Shown: piece after piece, positions 50,382 through 59,895 of the stretch
Numbering within the stretch: position 1 is the first letter of the stretch
Layout: every line of letters begins with the position of its first letter
Assembly (NCBI GenBank): GCA_963763775.1
Contig: CAVXPZ010000001.1
Coordinates: 1,216,001 to 1,280,000 of the forward strand
Length of the DNA stretch: 64,000 bases
Direction of reading: 5' to 3'
From: an uncultured Chloroflexia bacterium
GTDB taxonomy: Bacteria; Chloroflexota; Limnocylindria; Limnocylindrales; CSP1-4
Position numbers and translations under genes: made by a program
Notes under the pieces: generated by a model
Told to the model about the DNA's origin: nothing
What the model saw: only the letters and a program-made list of their open reading frames with translations
The model's database searches: none

Positions 50382-51089
50382 TCAGTCGACCGCGGCCGCC
50401 GCGAACGACGCCATGTCCGGGAACGTCAGGTCGGGTGTCGCGTCGGCGGGCGGCGTGGCTCCGGCCCCGTCCTGGCCGTGGCGGCGGTCGATCCACACCG
50501 TGTGGAGGCCCAGCGACTTGGCCGGCACATGGTCGTGGAACAGGCTCTGGGCGACGTGGAGGATGCGCTCGCGCGGGAGGCCGACGCGTTCGAACAGCAC
50601 CTCGAAGTTGTGGATCGCCGGCTTGTAGCCGCCCGCCTGCTGCGCCGTGACGACCCAGTCGAAGCGGACGTCGAGCCGGGCGTTGGAGGCCGCGAACAGG
50701 TCGTCGTCGCAGTTGGTCAGCACGCCGAGCCGGAAGCGGCGCTGGAGGCGCGTCAGCGCGTCGTGCGAATCGGGGAACGCCGGCCAGTCGACGACGGAGC
50801 CGCCGAACGCGGCCAGCTCCTCGGCCGACGGCTCCACCTCGTACGTCGCGCAGGTCGCACGGGCGGCCGTCGCGAGCACGTCGCGGTACCGCCGGTATGG
50901 CGGCTGCTCACCGGTCGCCTCGAAGCCGGCGTACGTCTCGAGCATCTGCTCGTGGCTCGGCGTCACGCCGCGTGGGTCGAGGATCGCCCGGAGCGCCGCC
51001 GAGAGGCCGGCCTCCCAGTCGATGAGCGTCCCGTAGCAGTCGAACGTGAGGGCGTCGAACCGCCCGAAGTCGAAGGCGTCGTCGGTCAT
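50382..51089 (-). CDS. HAD hydrolase, haloacid dehalogenase type II-like
   Basis: FDCYGTLIDWE, LTNCDD, YKP, HVAQSLFHDH. Confidence 0.9.
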   Translation of the reverse strand: MTDDAFDFGRFDALTFDCYGTLIDWEAGLSAALRAILDPRGVTPSHEQMLETYAGFEATGEQPPYRRYRDVLATAARATCATYEVEPSAEELAAFGGSVVDWPAFPDSHDALTRLQRRFRLGVLTNCDDDLFAASNARLDVRFDWVVTAQQAGGYKPAIHNFEVLFERVGLPRERILHVAQSLFHDHVPAKSLGLHTVWIDRRHGQDGAGATPPADATPDLTFPDMASFAAAAVD

Positions 51090-51109
51090 GCCGACATCGT
51101 GCCGCATCG

Positions 51110-51932
51110 TCATCGCCGTCGCCACGCGACGAGGCGCCGACGCGAGGCGTCGAACCAGACCAGCCCGGGAGCGCGAGGTGGCGCCATGCCTTCCGTCAGC
51201 GCCCGGACCCAGCCTCTCGACGAACCCGCGAACTCGGTCGCGAACAGGTTGGGGTACGCCGCGATGATCGTGCGGTTCGAGGCCGTGGTCCGGACCACCC
51301 AGACCGACGTGACCCGGTGGATGCCGGGCGGCCGGTCGGCTTCCGGCCCTCGGTCGATGCCGGGCGACCGGCGGGCCTCCGCCTCTCGGTCGATGCCGGG
51401 CGACCGGCGCGCCTCCGCCTCCTTCCGGCGGGTCGACCGGATCGCGGCCCCGACATCCCCGAACGTATTCCACGCCTCGACCAGGATGAGGGTCCGGCTG
51501 CCCGCGGTCCTCGATCGCGACGTCGGTCGAATGCCACGGGTCCTGCGGGTTCGAGGCCCGCTCGACCGTGGCCGGTCGCCCCGTCCCCGCGGCCAGCCCG
51601 AGCAGGAACTCCTGCATCTCGAGATGCCCGGCATCGACCAGCCGATGCCCCTCGCCTAGCGCCCGAGTGAAGGAGATCGCGAGCGGCTGGTCGAGCGCGA
51701 CGCCAAGGGAAACCCACGCCTCGAGCGGTAGGCCGGCACCCAGCCCTCGCTCGATCTGACTGATCCGGGTCTGGTCGAGCCGGACCTGGGTTGCCAGGTC
51801 TCGCTGCGAGAGATCGGCACGACACCGTGCGCGCCGCACCTCGGCACCGAGACTCAGGGCGATCGACGTCGTTCGTCGAGCCGCGTCACGCTGCTTCTCG
51901 GTTCGCCGGTCGCGACGTGGGGTCTCGTCCAC
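51110..51932 (-). CDS. XRE-type HTH fused to a PD-(D/E)xK-like nuclease domain; frameshift ~51502; start uncertain
   Basis: LGAEVRRARCRADLSQRDLA...DQTRISQIERG (HTH_3); HSTDVAIEDRGSRTLILVEAWNTFGD (D...ExW core) after frame correction. Confidence 0.7.
51314..51421 (-). repeat. 3 x 36-bp in-frame tandem repeat
   Basis: EAEARRSPGIDR EAEARRSPGIDR GPEADRPPGIHR. Confidence 0.85.
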
Positions 51933-52040
51933 TCGTCGATGGTCGCGCGTACGGATCACCCTGCGCTTACGCGTCACGCGCTCGATGGTCGCGACGGTCG
52001 GCGCCGCGCCAGAGCCGGTCGGCGCCGACGCCGCGCGCGA

Positions 52041-52098
52041 GCCGGTCGGGCCGCGGTCAGCCGGTCGGGCCGCGGTCAGCCGGTCGACGCCGCAGTCA
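52041..52098. repeat. 19-bp tandem repeat (two exact copies and one degenerate)
   Basis: gccggtcgggccgcggtca at 52041 and 52060; gccggtcgacgccgcagtca at 52079. Confidence 0.8.
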
Positions 52099-52108
52099 GC
52101 CGACGCCG

Positions 52109-52281
52109 CAGGAATGTGGTTCCTACAACTCGGCCATCGGGCCGGATATGGCGTGCCGCGGCGAGTCCGGGACGTCGAATCGCGTAGGACGAGGCGTCGT
52201 CCGCACACGGACGGCCATCCGCAACGTGCACGGATGGCGCGAGTGGCCCGTCAGACCCGGGATGTAGGAATGGGATTCCTG
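52109..52281. repeat. ~173-bp element bounded by imperfect inverted repeats, each end itself palindromic
   Basis: Left end CAGGAATgtggTTCCTACA; reverse complement of right end CAGGAATcccaTTCCTACA; internal hairpins GGACGA/TCGTCC and GCCATCCG/CGGATGGC. Confidence 0.75.
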
Positions 52282-52318
52282 GGGACGGGATCTGGGGCTT
52301 CGGCGGAGGTGAGGGCAC

Positions 52319-52362
52319 GCCCCGGCGGGCACGCTCTGGCGCCCCGGCGGGCACGCTCTGGC
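52319..52362. repeat. 22-bp direct tandem duplication
   Basis: gccccggcgggcacgctctggc x2. Confidence 0.85.
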
Positions 52363-52391
52363 GGGTGCGCCCCGTGACCCGGCCCGAATTC

Positions 52392-52423
52392 CGAAGGGCC
52401 GGCCCTCGCGGGCCGGCCCTTCG
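52392..52423 (-). terminator. 14-bp hairpin downstream of the ABC substrate-binding gene
   Basis: CGAAGGGCCGGCCC-tcgc-GGGCCGGCCCTTCG (GCGA tetraloop on -). Confidence 0.75.
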
Positions 52424-52457
52424 TGTCTGCGACCGACGGAAGTGTCGGCGGTGATCC

Positions 52458-53567
52458 CTACTTGCCACCCTCGGTGAGGGTGACGGCCTTCTTCTGCCAG
52501 GACGTGCCGTTCTTGTCACCGTCGAGGGCCGCGAGGGCCTTGGCGGTGTAGTCGTTCGTCCAGGCGGTGGCGTCCGGGAGGGCCTTGATGATCGCGCCAT
52601 CGAGCGCGACCTGGGCCGTCCGGTCGAAGGCGGCCTTGTCCATCGTGCCGATCCCGTTCGGGGACGGCCAGATGAGCCCGTTGATCTCGTTGAGCTGCCA
52701 GGTCTGATGGCCCTTCGGCAGCTTGGCGTCGGCCGCGAGCACGATCGAGACCGCTTCGTCCGGGTTGTCCCGGCAGAACTGCCAGCCCTTGTAGGCCGCG
52801 GTCAGGAACTTGGTCGCGGTGTCGCCGTTGTCGCCGTCCTTGAGCCAGGACTCGTCCGCGAAGATCGCGTCCTGGAGCATCGCGGTGCCGGCCGACTCCA
52901 TCGAGACGACGTCCATGTCCTCCGGCGCGTAGAGCTTGCCGGTGGCCGGGTTCTTGGCTTCGAGCACCTGCGCGTACTCGTTGTAGATCATCGCCTGGGC
53001 GGCGTCGATCTCGCCGTTGAGGAAGGCGGTCATCGTGAAGTCCTGCGGCACGATGGTCACGTCGGACGGCTTGGTCGGGTCGATGCCCACCTTGCGCATC
53101 GCGGCGTACAGCTCGGCCTCGTTGCCGAAGCCCCACGTGCCGACCTTCTTGCCCTTCCAGTCCTCGGGCTTGGTGATGGCCTTGTCCTTCATCGCGATCT
53201 GGAGCGTGCCGGACCGCTGGAACGGCATGCCGATGATCTGGACGTCCGCGCCGGACTCGCGCGACGCGAGCAGCTTCGGGACCCAGCTGATGCCGAACTC
53301 GGCGTTCCCGCCGGCCACGACGGTCGCCGGCACGATGTCGACGCCGCCAGGGAGGATGGAGACATCCAGGCCCTGGTCCTTGAAGAAGCCCTTGTCCTTC
53401 GCCGCGAAGTAGCCGCAGAACTGCGCCTGCGGGAACCACTGGAGCTGGAGCTTCACCGGCGTCAACGCGCCGCTGCTCGCCCCGGCGCTTGCGCCACCAC
53501 CGGAACTACACGCGGCCACCACCAGCGCCACGAGCGCCAATGCGGCGGCGATCCCTCGCACCCTCAT
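52458..53567 (-). CDS. ABC substrate-binding lipoprotein, NMT1/THI5-like (pyrimidine-type)
   Basis: VAAC lipobox, LQWFPQAQF.GYFAA, IDAAQAMIYNE, HQTWQLNE. Confidence 0.9.
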   Translation of the reverse strand: MRVRGIAAALALVALVVAACSSGGGASAGASSGALTPVKLQLQWFPQAQFCGYFAAKDKGFFKDQGLDVSILPGGVDIVPATVVAGGNAEFGISWVPKLLASRESGADVQIIGMPFQRSGTLQIAMKDKAITKPEDWKGKKVGTWGFGNEAELYAAMRKVGIDPTKPSDVTIVPQDFTMTAFLNGEIDAAQAMIYNEYAQVLEAKNPATGKLYAPEDMDVVSMESAGTAMLQDAIFADESWLKDGDNGDTATKFLTAAYKGWQFCRDNPDEAVSIVLAADAKLPKGHQTWQLNEINGLIWPSPNGIGTMDKAAFDRTAQVALDGAIIKALPDATAWTNDYTAKALAALDGDKNGTSWQKKAVTLTEGGK

Positions 53568-53688
53568 CCGTTCCTCCTCCTCGTCGGTCGGGTCTCGTCC
53601 CGACCGTTCCTCCGGACCGAAAGTCTAGCGACCGCCGCGGTCCCGGACGGTCCGATCGCCACACGCACGACGGGCGTGACCCGGTCGC

Positions 53689-54531
53689 CTACTCGCCCTC
53701 CCAGGTCGTCCGGTACGACGCGTGCCAGGGCATCACGAGCCGTTCGACGATCACCACCATGACGTACAGCGTGATCCCGATCGCCGAGGCGAACGAGATC
53801 GCCGCCCACGACCGCTCGAGGTTCAGGTACGCGGCGTAGCGGACGATGTACTGGCCGAGGCTGATGCTCGGGGCGCCGAAGTACTCCCCGATGACCGCGC
53901 CGATGGTCGCCAGTGTCGTCGCGACCTTGAGCGCCGTGAAGATGAACGGCAGCGCGCTCGGCCAGCGGACGGCCCGGAAGGTCTGCGTGTCCGAGGCGGC
54001 GAGGGAGCGCATCAGCTCGAGCGCGGCCGGTTCCACGTGGAGCAAGCCCCGTGCGGTATTGATCATCACCGGGAAGAAACACAGGATGGCCGCGACCATC
54101 GCCTTGGAGAGTTGCGAGTCCAGCCCGAACCAGTTGTTGATGAGCGGCGCGAACGCGATGATCGGGACCGCGTTCACCGCGATCGCGAACGGCAGCACCG
54201 ATTCGCGCATCGCCGACCAGCGCGCGGCCACCGTCCCGAACATGAGCCCGCCGATGCACCCGATCGCGAGCCCGAGGAGGATCTCGACCAGGGTGTAGGT
54301 CGTCGACGCCCAGAGCTCCGGCAGGTATGTGACCCACGCGTTCGCGATGGCGCTCGGGGCCGGCAGGATGAACTGGGGCAGGGCAAGGATCCGAACGAGC
54401 AGGTCCCAGACCACCAGGGCGCCCACGAAGATGCCGATGGGCAGCAGCCACGAGCGGATCGCCCGTCCGGCGTCGCTCGCGACGGACGCCCTGGACCCCG
54501 GCGGCGGCAACGGCGCGCCGGGGGCACTCAC
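53689..54531 (-). CDS. ABC permease (SsuC/TauC-like)
   Basis: ILPAPS, VPIIAFAP, FFPVMINT..G, PSALPFIF.ALK, IGAVIGEY. Confidence 0.9.
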   Translation of the reverse strand: MSAPGAPLPPPGSRASVASDAGRAIRSWLLPIGIFVGALVVWDLLVRILALPQFILPAPSAIANAWVTYLPELWASTTYTLVEILLGLAIGCIGGLMFGTVAARWSAMRESVLPFAIAVNAVPIIAFAPLINNWFGLDSQLSKAMVAAILCFFPVMINTARGLLHVEPAALELMRSLAASDTQTFRAVRWPSALPFIFTALKVATTLATIGAVIGEYFGAPSISLGQYIVRYAAYLNLERSWAAISFASAIGITLYVMVVIVERLVMPWHASYRTTWEGE

Positions 54532-54541
54532 CGTCGGCGCC

Positions 54542-55417
54542 TCATGCGGAGAGACCCTCGGCCGCGACCCGCCGCGCACCGGCGTCACCGCCACCGCGGG
54601 GGGTGCCGCCACCGTCCTCGATCCCACGAAGGGCTTCGCGCACCTCGGTGACGAGCTCGTAGTACCGCTCCATCTCGCGGGTCTCCACGTCCCGGGTCCG
54701 CGGCAGGTCGATGGGGATGACCTTCGTGATGCGGCCGGGCCGCGGGCTCATGACCACGACGCGCGTCGAGAGGAAGACCGCCTCGGGGATCGAGTGGGTG
54801 ACGAAGATGATCGTCGTCCCGGTCCGCTCCCAGATCCGCAGCAGCTCGAGGTTCATCCGCTCGCGGGTCATCTCGTCGAGCGCCCCGAACGGCTCGTCCA
54901 TCAGGATCAGCGCCGGGTCGAGGGCGAGCGCGCGGGCGATCGCCGCCCGCTGCTGCATGCCACCGGACAGCTGCCACGGATGGTGCTCGCCGAACTCCCC
55001 GAGCTCGACGAGGTCGAGCATCTCCTGCGCCTTGGCCTCGCGCGCCCGCTTGTCGCGGCCGATGATCTCGAGGGGCAGCTCGACGTTGCGCCGGACCGTC
55101 CGCCAGTCGAACAGCACGGGCGCCTGGAAGACCATGCCGTAGTCATGGTCCTGCCGCGCCTGGCCCGCCGGCTTGCCGTTGACCGTCACGGTCCCGGACG
55201 TGGCACCCGTGAGGTCGGCCACGATGCGCAGCAGCGTGCTCTTGCCGCACCCGGACGGGCCGATGAGCGAGATGAACTCGCCGCGCGCGATCGAGAGGTC
55301 GATGCCGCGCAGCGCCTCGACCGTGGCCGCGCCCTTGCCGCGCGCCTCGAACGACTTGCCGACATCGCGCAGGTCGACGACGACCTCAGCCGGGTCCACG
55401 GTCGGCTCGACGGTCAT
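54542..55417 (-). CDS. ABC ATP-binding protein (SsuB/TauB-like)
   Basis: [40 protein letters not shown]. Confidence 0.95.
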   Translation of the reverse strand: MTVEPTVDPAEVVVDLRDVGKSFEARGKGAATVEALRGIDLSIARGEFISLIGPSGCGKSTLLRIVADLTGATSGTVTVNGKPAGQARQDHDYGMVFQAPVLFDWRTVRRNVELPLEIIGRDKRAREAKAQEMLDLVELGEFGEHHPWQLSGGMQQRAAIARALALDPALILMDEPFGALDEMTRERMNLELLRIWERTGTTIIFVTHSIPEAVFLSTRVVVMSPRPGRITKVIPIDLPRTRDVETREMERYYELVTEVREALRGIEDGGGTPRGGGDAGARRVAAEGLSA

Positions 55418-56274
55418 GCGAACTCCTCGTCACGATGGTAGCTCCGAAGGACCAGTCGCTCGGCGATCACGACCAGGGCGAAGGCGATGATGCCGACGAC
55501 GGCGCACATCATGATCGCCGCCCAGAGATCGCCCGGCGAGAACGCGTAGTACTGCATCGCCTGGAGGAGCGAACCGCCGAGGCCTTCACGGATCCCGGCC
55601 GGGAATTCGCCGACGATCGCTCCGACGACACTGGCGGTCGCGGCGATGCGGAACGCGGTGAAGAGATACGGCGGCGAGGCCGGGAGCCGCAGCTTGGTGA
55701 GGATCGTGCGCCGGCCGGCCGCATACGAGCGCATCAGCTCGAACGCGCGCGGGTCGGCCGATCGCATGCCGCGCAGCGCCGCGATCGTGACCGGGAAGAA
55801 CGTCAGGTACGTGGCGACGATGGCGACGCCGAACCAGCCGGCCTTGAGACCGACGACCACCACGGGGGCGATCGCGATGATCGGCACGGTCTGGCTGGCG
55901 ACGAGCAACGGGACGAGCCCGCGTTCGAGGACGCGGACGTGGACCAGTACGATCGCCAGGCCGAGGCCGACGGTCACGCCGAGGAAGAACCCGAGGAACG
56001 CCTCGCGGAGGGTGAACAGGCCGGCACGGACCAGCGACGAGGCGTAGGTGTCGCCGGCGGCGTCGACCCCGAAGAACGCCGAGACGATCGTCCAGAGATG
56101 CGGCAGGTTGAGGTCGTTGACGGGCTTCCACGAGAACGGCGGCTGCCACACGACCTGCTCGCCCGATCGCCACGGGTCACCCGCGAGGACCTTCGCCAGC
56201 TCCCAGGTCACCAGGATGAAGACGACGACGCCGAGGAACCCGAGGACGGGACGCGCGCGGCGGGAGGTCCTCAT
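55414..56274 (-). CDS. ABC permease (SsuC/TauC-like)
   Basis: SQTVPIIAIAP, FFPVT, KLRLPAS.PYLF, VGAIVGE. Confidence 0.9.
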   Translation of the reverse strand: MRTSRRARPVLGFLGVVVFILVTWELAKVLAGDPWRSGEQVVWQPPFSWKPVNDLNLPHLWTIVSAFFGVDAAGDTYASSLVRAGLFTLREAFLGFFLGVTVGLGLAIVLVHVRVLERGLVPLLVASQTVPIIAIAPVVVVGLKAGWFGVAIVATYLTFFPVTIAALRGMRSADPRAFELMRSYAAGRRTILTKLRLPASPPYLFTAFRIAATASVVGAIVGEFPAGIREGLGGSLLQAMQYYAFSPGDLWAAIMMCAVVGIIAFALVVIAERLVLRSYHRDEEFA

Positions 56275-56325
56275 CCGTCGATCCGACTCCTTCGTGCTGG
56301 CGGGCCGATTGTGGCAGAACCGCTT

Positions 56326-57065
56326 TCACGCCGGCGGGTGATCCGAGCGGAGGAAGCCGAGGACTCGGCGATCGAACTCCTCGGCCCGCTCCCACATGGG
56401 GTTGTGCCCGGCGCCGGGGATGATCGTCAAGGATGCGTCGGGGATCAGTGCGGCGATCTGCCGTCCGATCGTCGGCGAGCAGATCCCGTCATGCTCGCCC
56501 CACACCACCAGTGTCGGTGCCTCGACCGACGGGAGTTTCGCCTGCCAATCGTTCCCAAGCACCTCGACGGTGGCGCCCGCCATGCGGATGAGCCCCGATC
56601 GCCAGACATCACGCACCAGTACGGGGGCCATCGACGGAGCGCTCCATGGCAGCGTGGCGATCGCGCCGGTGATCCGGTGACGCCATGACGGGTCGAGGGC
56701 GATGAAGCCGGCGTCGACCAGGACGAGCCGATCGACGCGATCGGGATGGTCTGCGGCGATGCCGCCAGCCACGACGCCGCCCATCGAATGACCGATGAGG
56801 TGCGCTCGGTCGATCCCCACCTCGTCCATGAGATCGACGACCTGTGCCGGCACGTTCTCGAGCACGAACCGCGCATCCGGGCTGGTCCCACCGAATCCGG
56901 GCAGGTCGATCGCCGTGACCCGGAATGCGGTCGACAGGGCCGGGATGTTCTTTCGCCACCACGCCCAGGACGCCGCGAGGCCGTGGAGGAGGATCAGTGG
57001 CGGACCCTCCCCCGCGACGTGCGAAACGACCGGGCCGTGGCGAGTCGGGATCGCGGTGCGACCGG
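56326..57065 (-). CDS. alpha/beta hydrolase (start codon not identifiable)
   Basis: Frame reads GEGPPLILLHGLAAS..W, IDLPGFG, GHSMGG, WGEHD, GAGH; no in-frame ATG/GTG/TTG before the HG motif. Confidence 0.8.
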
Positions 57066-57896
57066 CTACGCGCCCGCGGTCAGCAACACCCGCACGCGAC
57101 CCTTGGCGGTGGGATCGTCGACGATCGGGCGGTCAGCCATCCACGAGCGCACGACGTTGGCCAGTTGGTCCGGGTGCGAGAAGTTGATCGCGTGTGCGGC
57201 ACCATCGATGACGACGGCCGTCACGTGCGGGAGGTTCGAGGCCTTCTCCAGCAACCAGGCCTCGTTGATCAGGGGGTCTCGAGAACCCATCACCGCGAGG
57301 ACCGGCATGCGCATGCCCGCCAACCGCCGTGCCGTCGGGTAGTGGAGCATCGACTTGAGCAGGTCGATCGAGGCGATCGGCCCGTAGCGGAAGTAGTCCT
57401 CGGTCGCGATCGGCGCCATGCCCAAGGGTTCACGCATCGCCGCCAGGATCAACTGGCGTACGCCGCGTCGGACCGGGACGTTGTATTCGCCGCCAGCGGG
57501 CCCGACGAAGATCGCCCGATCCACTCGGTCCGGAAAGTGGTCGACGAATTCGCCGATGATCGGACAGCCCAGGGAATTCCCGAGCAGGGTGGCTCGCTCG
57601 ACGCCGACGTGATCGAGGAATCGGCCGAGCGCGTCCGCCAGTGCGGGGATGTCGTACGGCTTGGGAGGCCGCTGACTCCGGCCGAATCCTGGCAGGTCCG
57701 GGACATAGGTCCGGAACTCGGGCGCGAGCCGCCAGGCGGTCGGCATGAGGTACCGCCCCGAGATCGCGAACCCGTGGATGTGGACCATGACCGGCGCGTC
57801 GGCTGGCGGTGCCGGCTCCGCGTTCGTCCGGTAGAGGAAGGACCGACCATCGAGGGTCGTCCGAACCTCCTTGAGACTGACCGGGTCGTCGTTCAT
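57066..57896 (-). CDS. alpha/beta hydrolase
   Basis: HIHGFAIS, PDLPGFG, GNSLGC, GSRD, GAAH. Confidence 0.88.
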   Translation of the reverse strand: MNDDPVSLKEVRTTLDGRSFLYRTNAEPAPPADAPVMVHIHGFAISGRYLMPTAWRLAPEFRTYVPDLPGFGRSQRPPKPYDIPALADALGRFLDHVGVERATLLGNSLGCPIIGEFVDHFPDRVDRAIFVGPAGGEYNVPVRRGVRQLILAAMREPLGMAPIATEDYFRYGPIASIDLLKSMLHYPTARRLAGMRMPVLAVMGSRDPLINEAWLLEKASNLPHVTAVVIDGAAHAINFSHPDQLANVVRSWMADRPIVDDPTAKGRVRVLLTAGA

Positions 57897-57909
57897 GACG
57901 AGGCCTCCG

Positions 57910-59244
57910 CTACCCGACCGCCTGGTCCGCGATGTCGAGCGCGCGATCGATGATCTCGAAGCCGTCGGCGAGCTGCGCCTCGGTGATGCACAGCGGCGGG
58001 TTCGTGTGGATGGAGTTGTTGGCGATCATCGTGTACAGGCCGGCCTCGCGGAGCGCCTTGCCGATCGCCTTCATCTCGTCCGACGTCCCGTTGAACGGCG
58101 TGAGCGGGGTCCACGGATCGCGGCTGCGGACGAGGTCGAGGATCCCGAACAGACCCAGGTTGCGATGGGCGCCCACGGACGGGTGCTTCGCCGCCAGCCG
58201 CTCGTGGTGCGCGCGCATGACGGGCCCGAGCGCGGCCGCGTGCTCGATGAGGCCGTCCTCCTCGTACACGCCGATGGTGGCCAGGGCGGCGGCCAGGCTG
58301 ACCGGGTGACTGCTGTAGGTGAGGCCGCCGTAGAACATCTTGTCCTGGAAGACCTCGGCCACGGACGGGCGCATCGCGACCGCGCCGAGCGGGAGATAGC
58401 TCGACGTCAGGCCCTTCGCCATCGTCATCAGGTCCGGTGTGACGTCCCAGTGGTCGATCGCGAACCAGCGCCCGGTCCGTCCGAACCCGGCCATCACCTC
58501 GTCGGCGACCATGAGGATCCCGTGCCGGTCGCAGATCTCGCGGACGCCCTGGAGGTAGCCGTCGGGCGGGATGAGGATGCCGTTCGTGCCGACGATCGTC
58601 TCCAGGAAGACCGCGGCGATCGTGTGGGGCCCCTCGTAGCGGATGACGTCCTCGAGGCCCTCCAGGCTCTCCGCGACGGGACGCGGCTCGGCCTCACCCC
58701 AGCGATGCGTGTCGGGGTAGCGCACGACGCCGACGAGCCCCGGCTCGTTCGCCCAGCGGCGCGGGTCGCCGGTCAGCGTCATCGCGCCGAGCGTGGCCCC
58801 GTGGTACGAGCGGTAGCGGGCGAGGACCTTGTACCGGCCGGTCGCGTGCCGCGCGAACTTGATCGCGTTCTCCACGGCCTCGGCCCCGCCGAGCGTGAAG
58901 AAGACCTTGTCCATGTCGCCGGGCAGGATCTCGGCGAGCTTCGCCCCGAGCCTCGCGCGGATCTCGGTCGCGAACGCCGGCTGCACGTACTGGAGCTTGA
59001 GTGCCTGCTCGTTGATCGCGTCGATGACGCGCCGGTCGCCGTGGCCGATGTTGACCGACATCAGCTGGCTGTTGAAGTCGATGATCCGCTGGCCCTCGGG
59101 GGTGTAGAGGTAGATCCCCTCGGCGTGGTCGATCGCGATCGGGTCGACGGCCGCCTGGACGGACCAGGAGAAGATCGTGTGCTGCTTGGCGAGCGCGGCG
59201 ATCTCCGCGCTGGTCATCGTGCCGGGAGCGGTGCTGGTGCCCAT
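57910..59244 (-). CDS. class III aminotransferase (beta-alanine/taurine:pyruvate type)
   Basis: DFNSQLM, GGAEAVENA, YRSYHG, DEVMAGFGRTG, AKGLTSSY, GLTYSSHP. Confidence 0.93.
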   Translation of the reverse strand: MGTSTAPGTMTSAEIAALAKQHTIFSWSVQAAVDPIAIDHAEGIYLYTPEGQRIIDFNSQLMSVNIGHGDRRVIDAINEQALKLQYVQPAFATEIRARLGAKLAEILPGDMDKVFFTLGGAEAVENAIKFARHATGRYKVLARYRSYHGATLGAMTLTGDPRRWANEPGLVGVVRYPDTHRWGEAEPRPVAESLEGLEDVIRYEGPHTIAAVFLETIVGTNGILIPPDGYLQGVREICDRHGILMVADEVMAGFGRTGRWFAIDHWDVTPDLMTMAKGLTSSYLPLGAVAMRPSVAEVFQDKMFYGGLTYSSHPVSLAAALATIGVYEEDGLIEHAAALGPVMRAHHERLAAKHPSVGAHRNLGLFGILDLVRSRDPWTPLTPFNGTSDEMKAIGKALREAGLYTMIANNSIHTNPPLCITEAQLADGFEIIDRALDIADQAVG

Positions 59245-59421
59245 GGATCACCTCGGGACGGGCGCGGGGACGGTCGGGGTCGGGGCTCGGTACCGAGGAT
59301 TACAGCACAACGACCGGGTGCCGAAACGGTCGCGAGAGCGGTCGACCCTCCGTGCGCCGGCATGGACGGCCGGGCGACGCTCTACACTCGCATCCCGACA
59401 GACAACGAAGGAGCCGAACCC

Positions 59422-59895
59422 TTGACCAGCGGCGCCGATAACGCTGAGCCAGCGGTACCGACGGAGCGAGACCGGGCCCGACCGCTCGGGATCGTCCTGC
59501 TGGTCGGGTTCCAGATCCTTAACGTCGCCGCGACCCTGCTGGCCACGGCCGGCCTCCTCGGGCCGCGGACCGGCAGTATCGTCGCCGTCCTGGGCCACGA
59601 CAGCCCGATCGTGAACGGCCTGGTCATCGCCGTCGCCGTGCTGACGGTCATCGGCGCGATCGGCCTGTGGCGTCTCCAGCGGTTCGGCTGGTACACGATC
59701 ATGCTCCTGACGGGCTTCGGGCTCACGGTCCAGATCGCGTTCTACATCTGGGCGACCGCCAACTTCGTCAACATGGCGATCTTCGTGATCTCCGCCTTCT
59801 ACCTCAACCAGCACGACGTGAAGTCGGTCTTCCTTGAGGCGCCGGCGGAACCGGAGAGCGTCGTGCTTGCGGTCGAGGAGGACGATCAGCGATGA
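59422..59895 (+). CDS. four-TM hypothetical membrane protein
   Basis: GGAG SD + TTG; RPLGIVLL, GLWRLQRFGW, FYLNQHDVKSVF. Confidence 0.75.
   Translation: MTSGADNAEPAVPTERDRARPLGIVLLVGFQILNVAATLLATAGLLGPRTGSIVAVLGHDSPIVNGLVIAVAVLTVIGAIGLWRLQRFGWYTIMLLTGFGLTVQIAFYIWATANFVNMAIFVISAFYLNQHDVKSVFLEAPAEPESVVLAVEEDDQR

Noticed and set aside
50382-52208. 608-aa HTH-HAD fusion in the ORF track
   Set aside because: Artefact of the indel at ~51502; the HTH-nuclease ends at 51110 and the HAD gene has its own start at 51089
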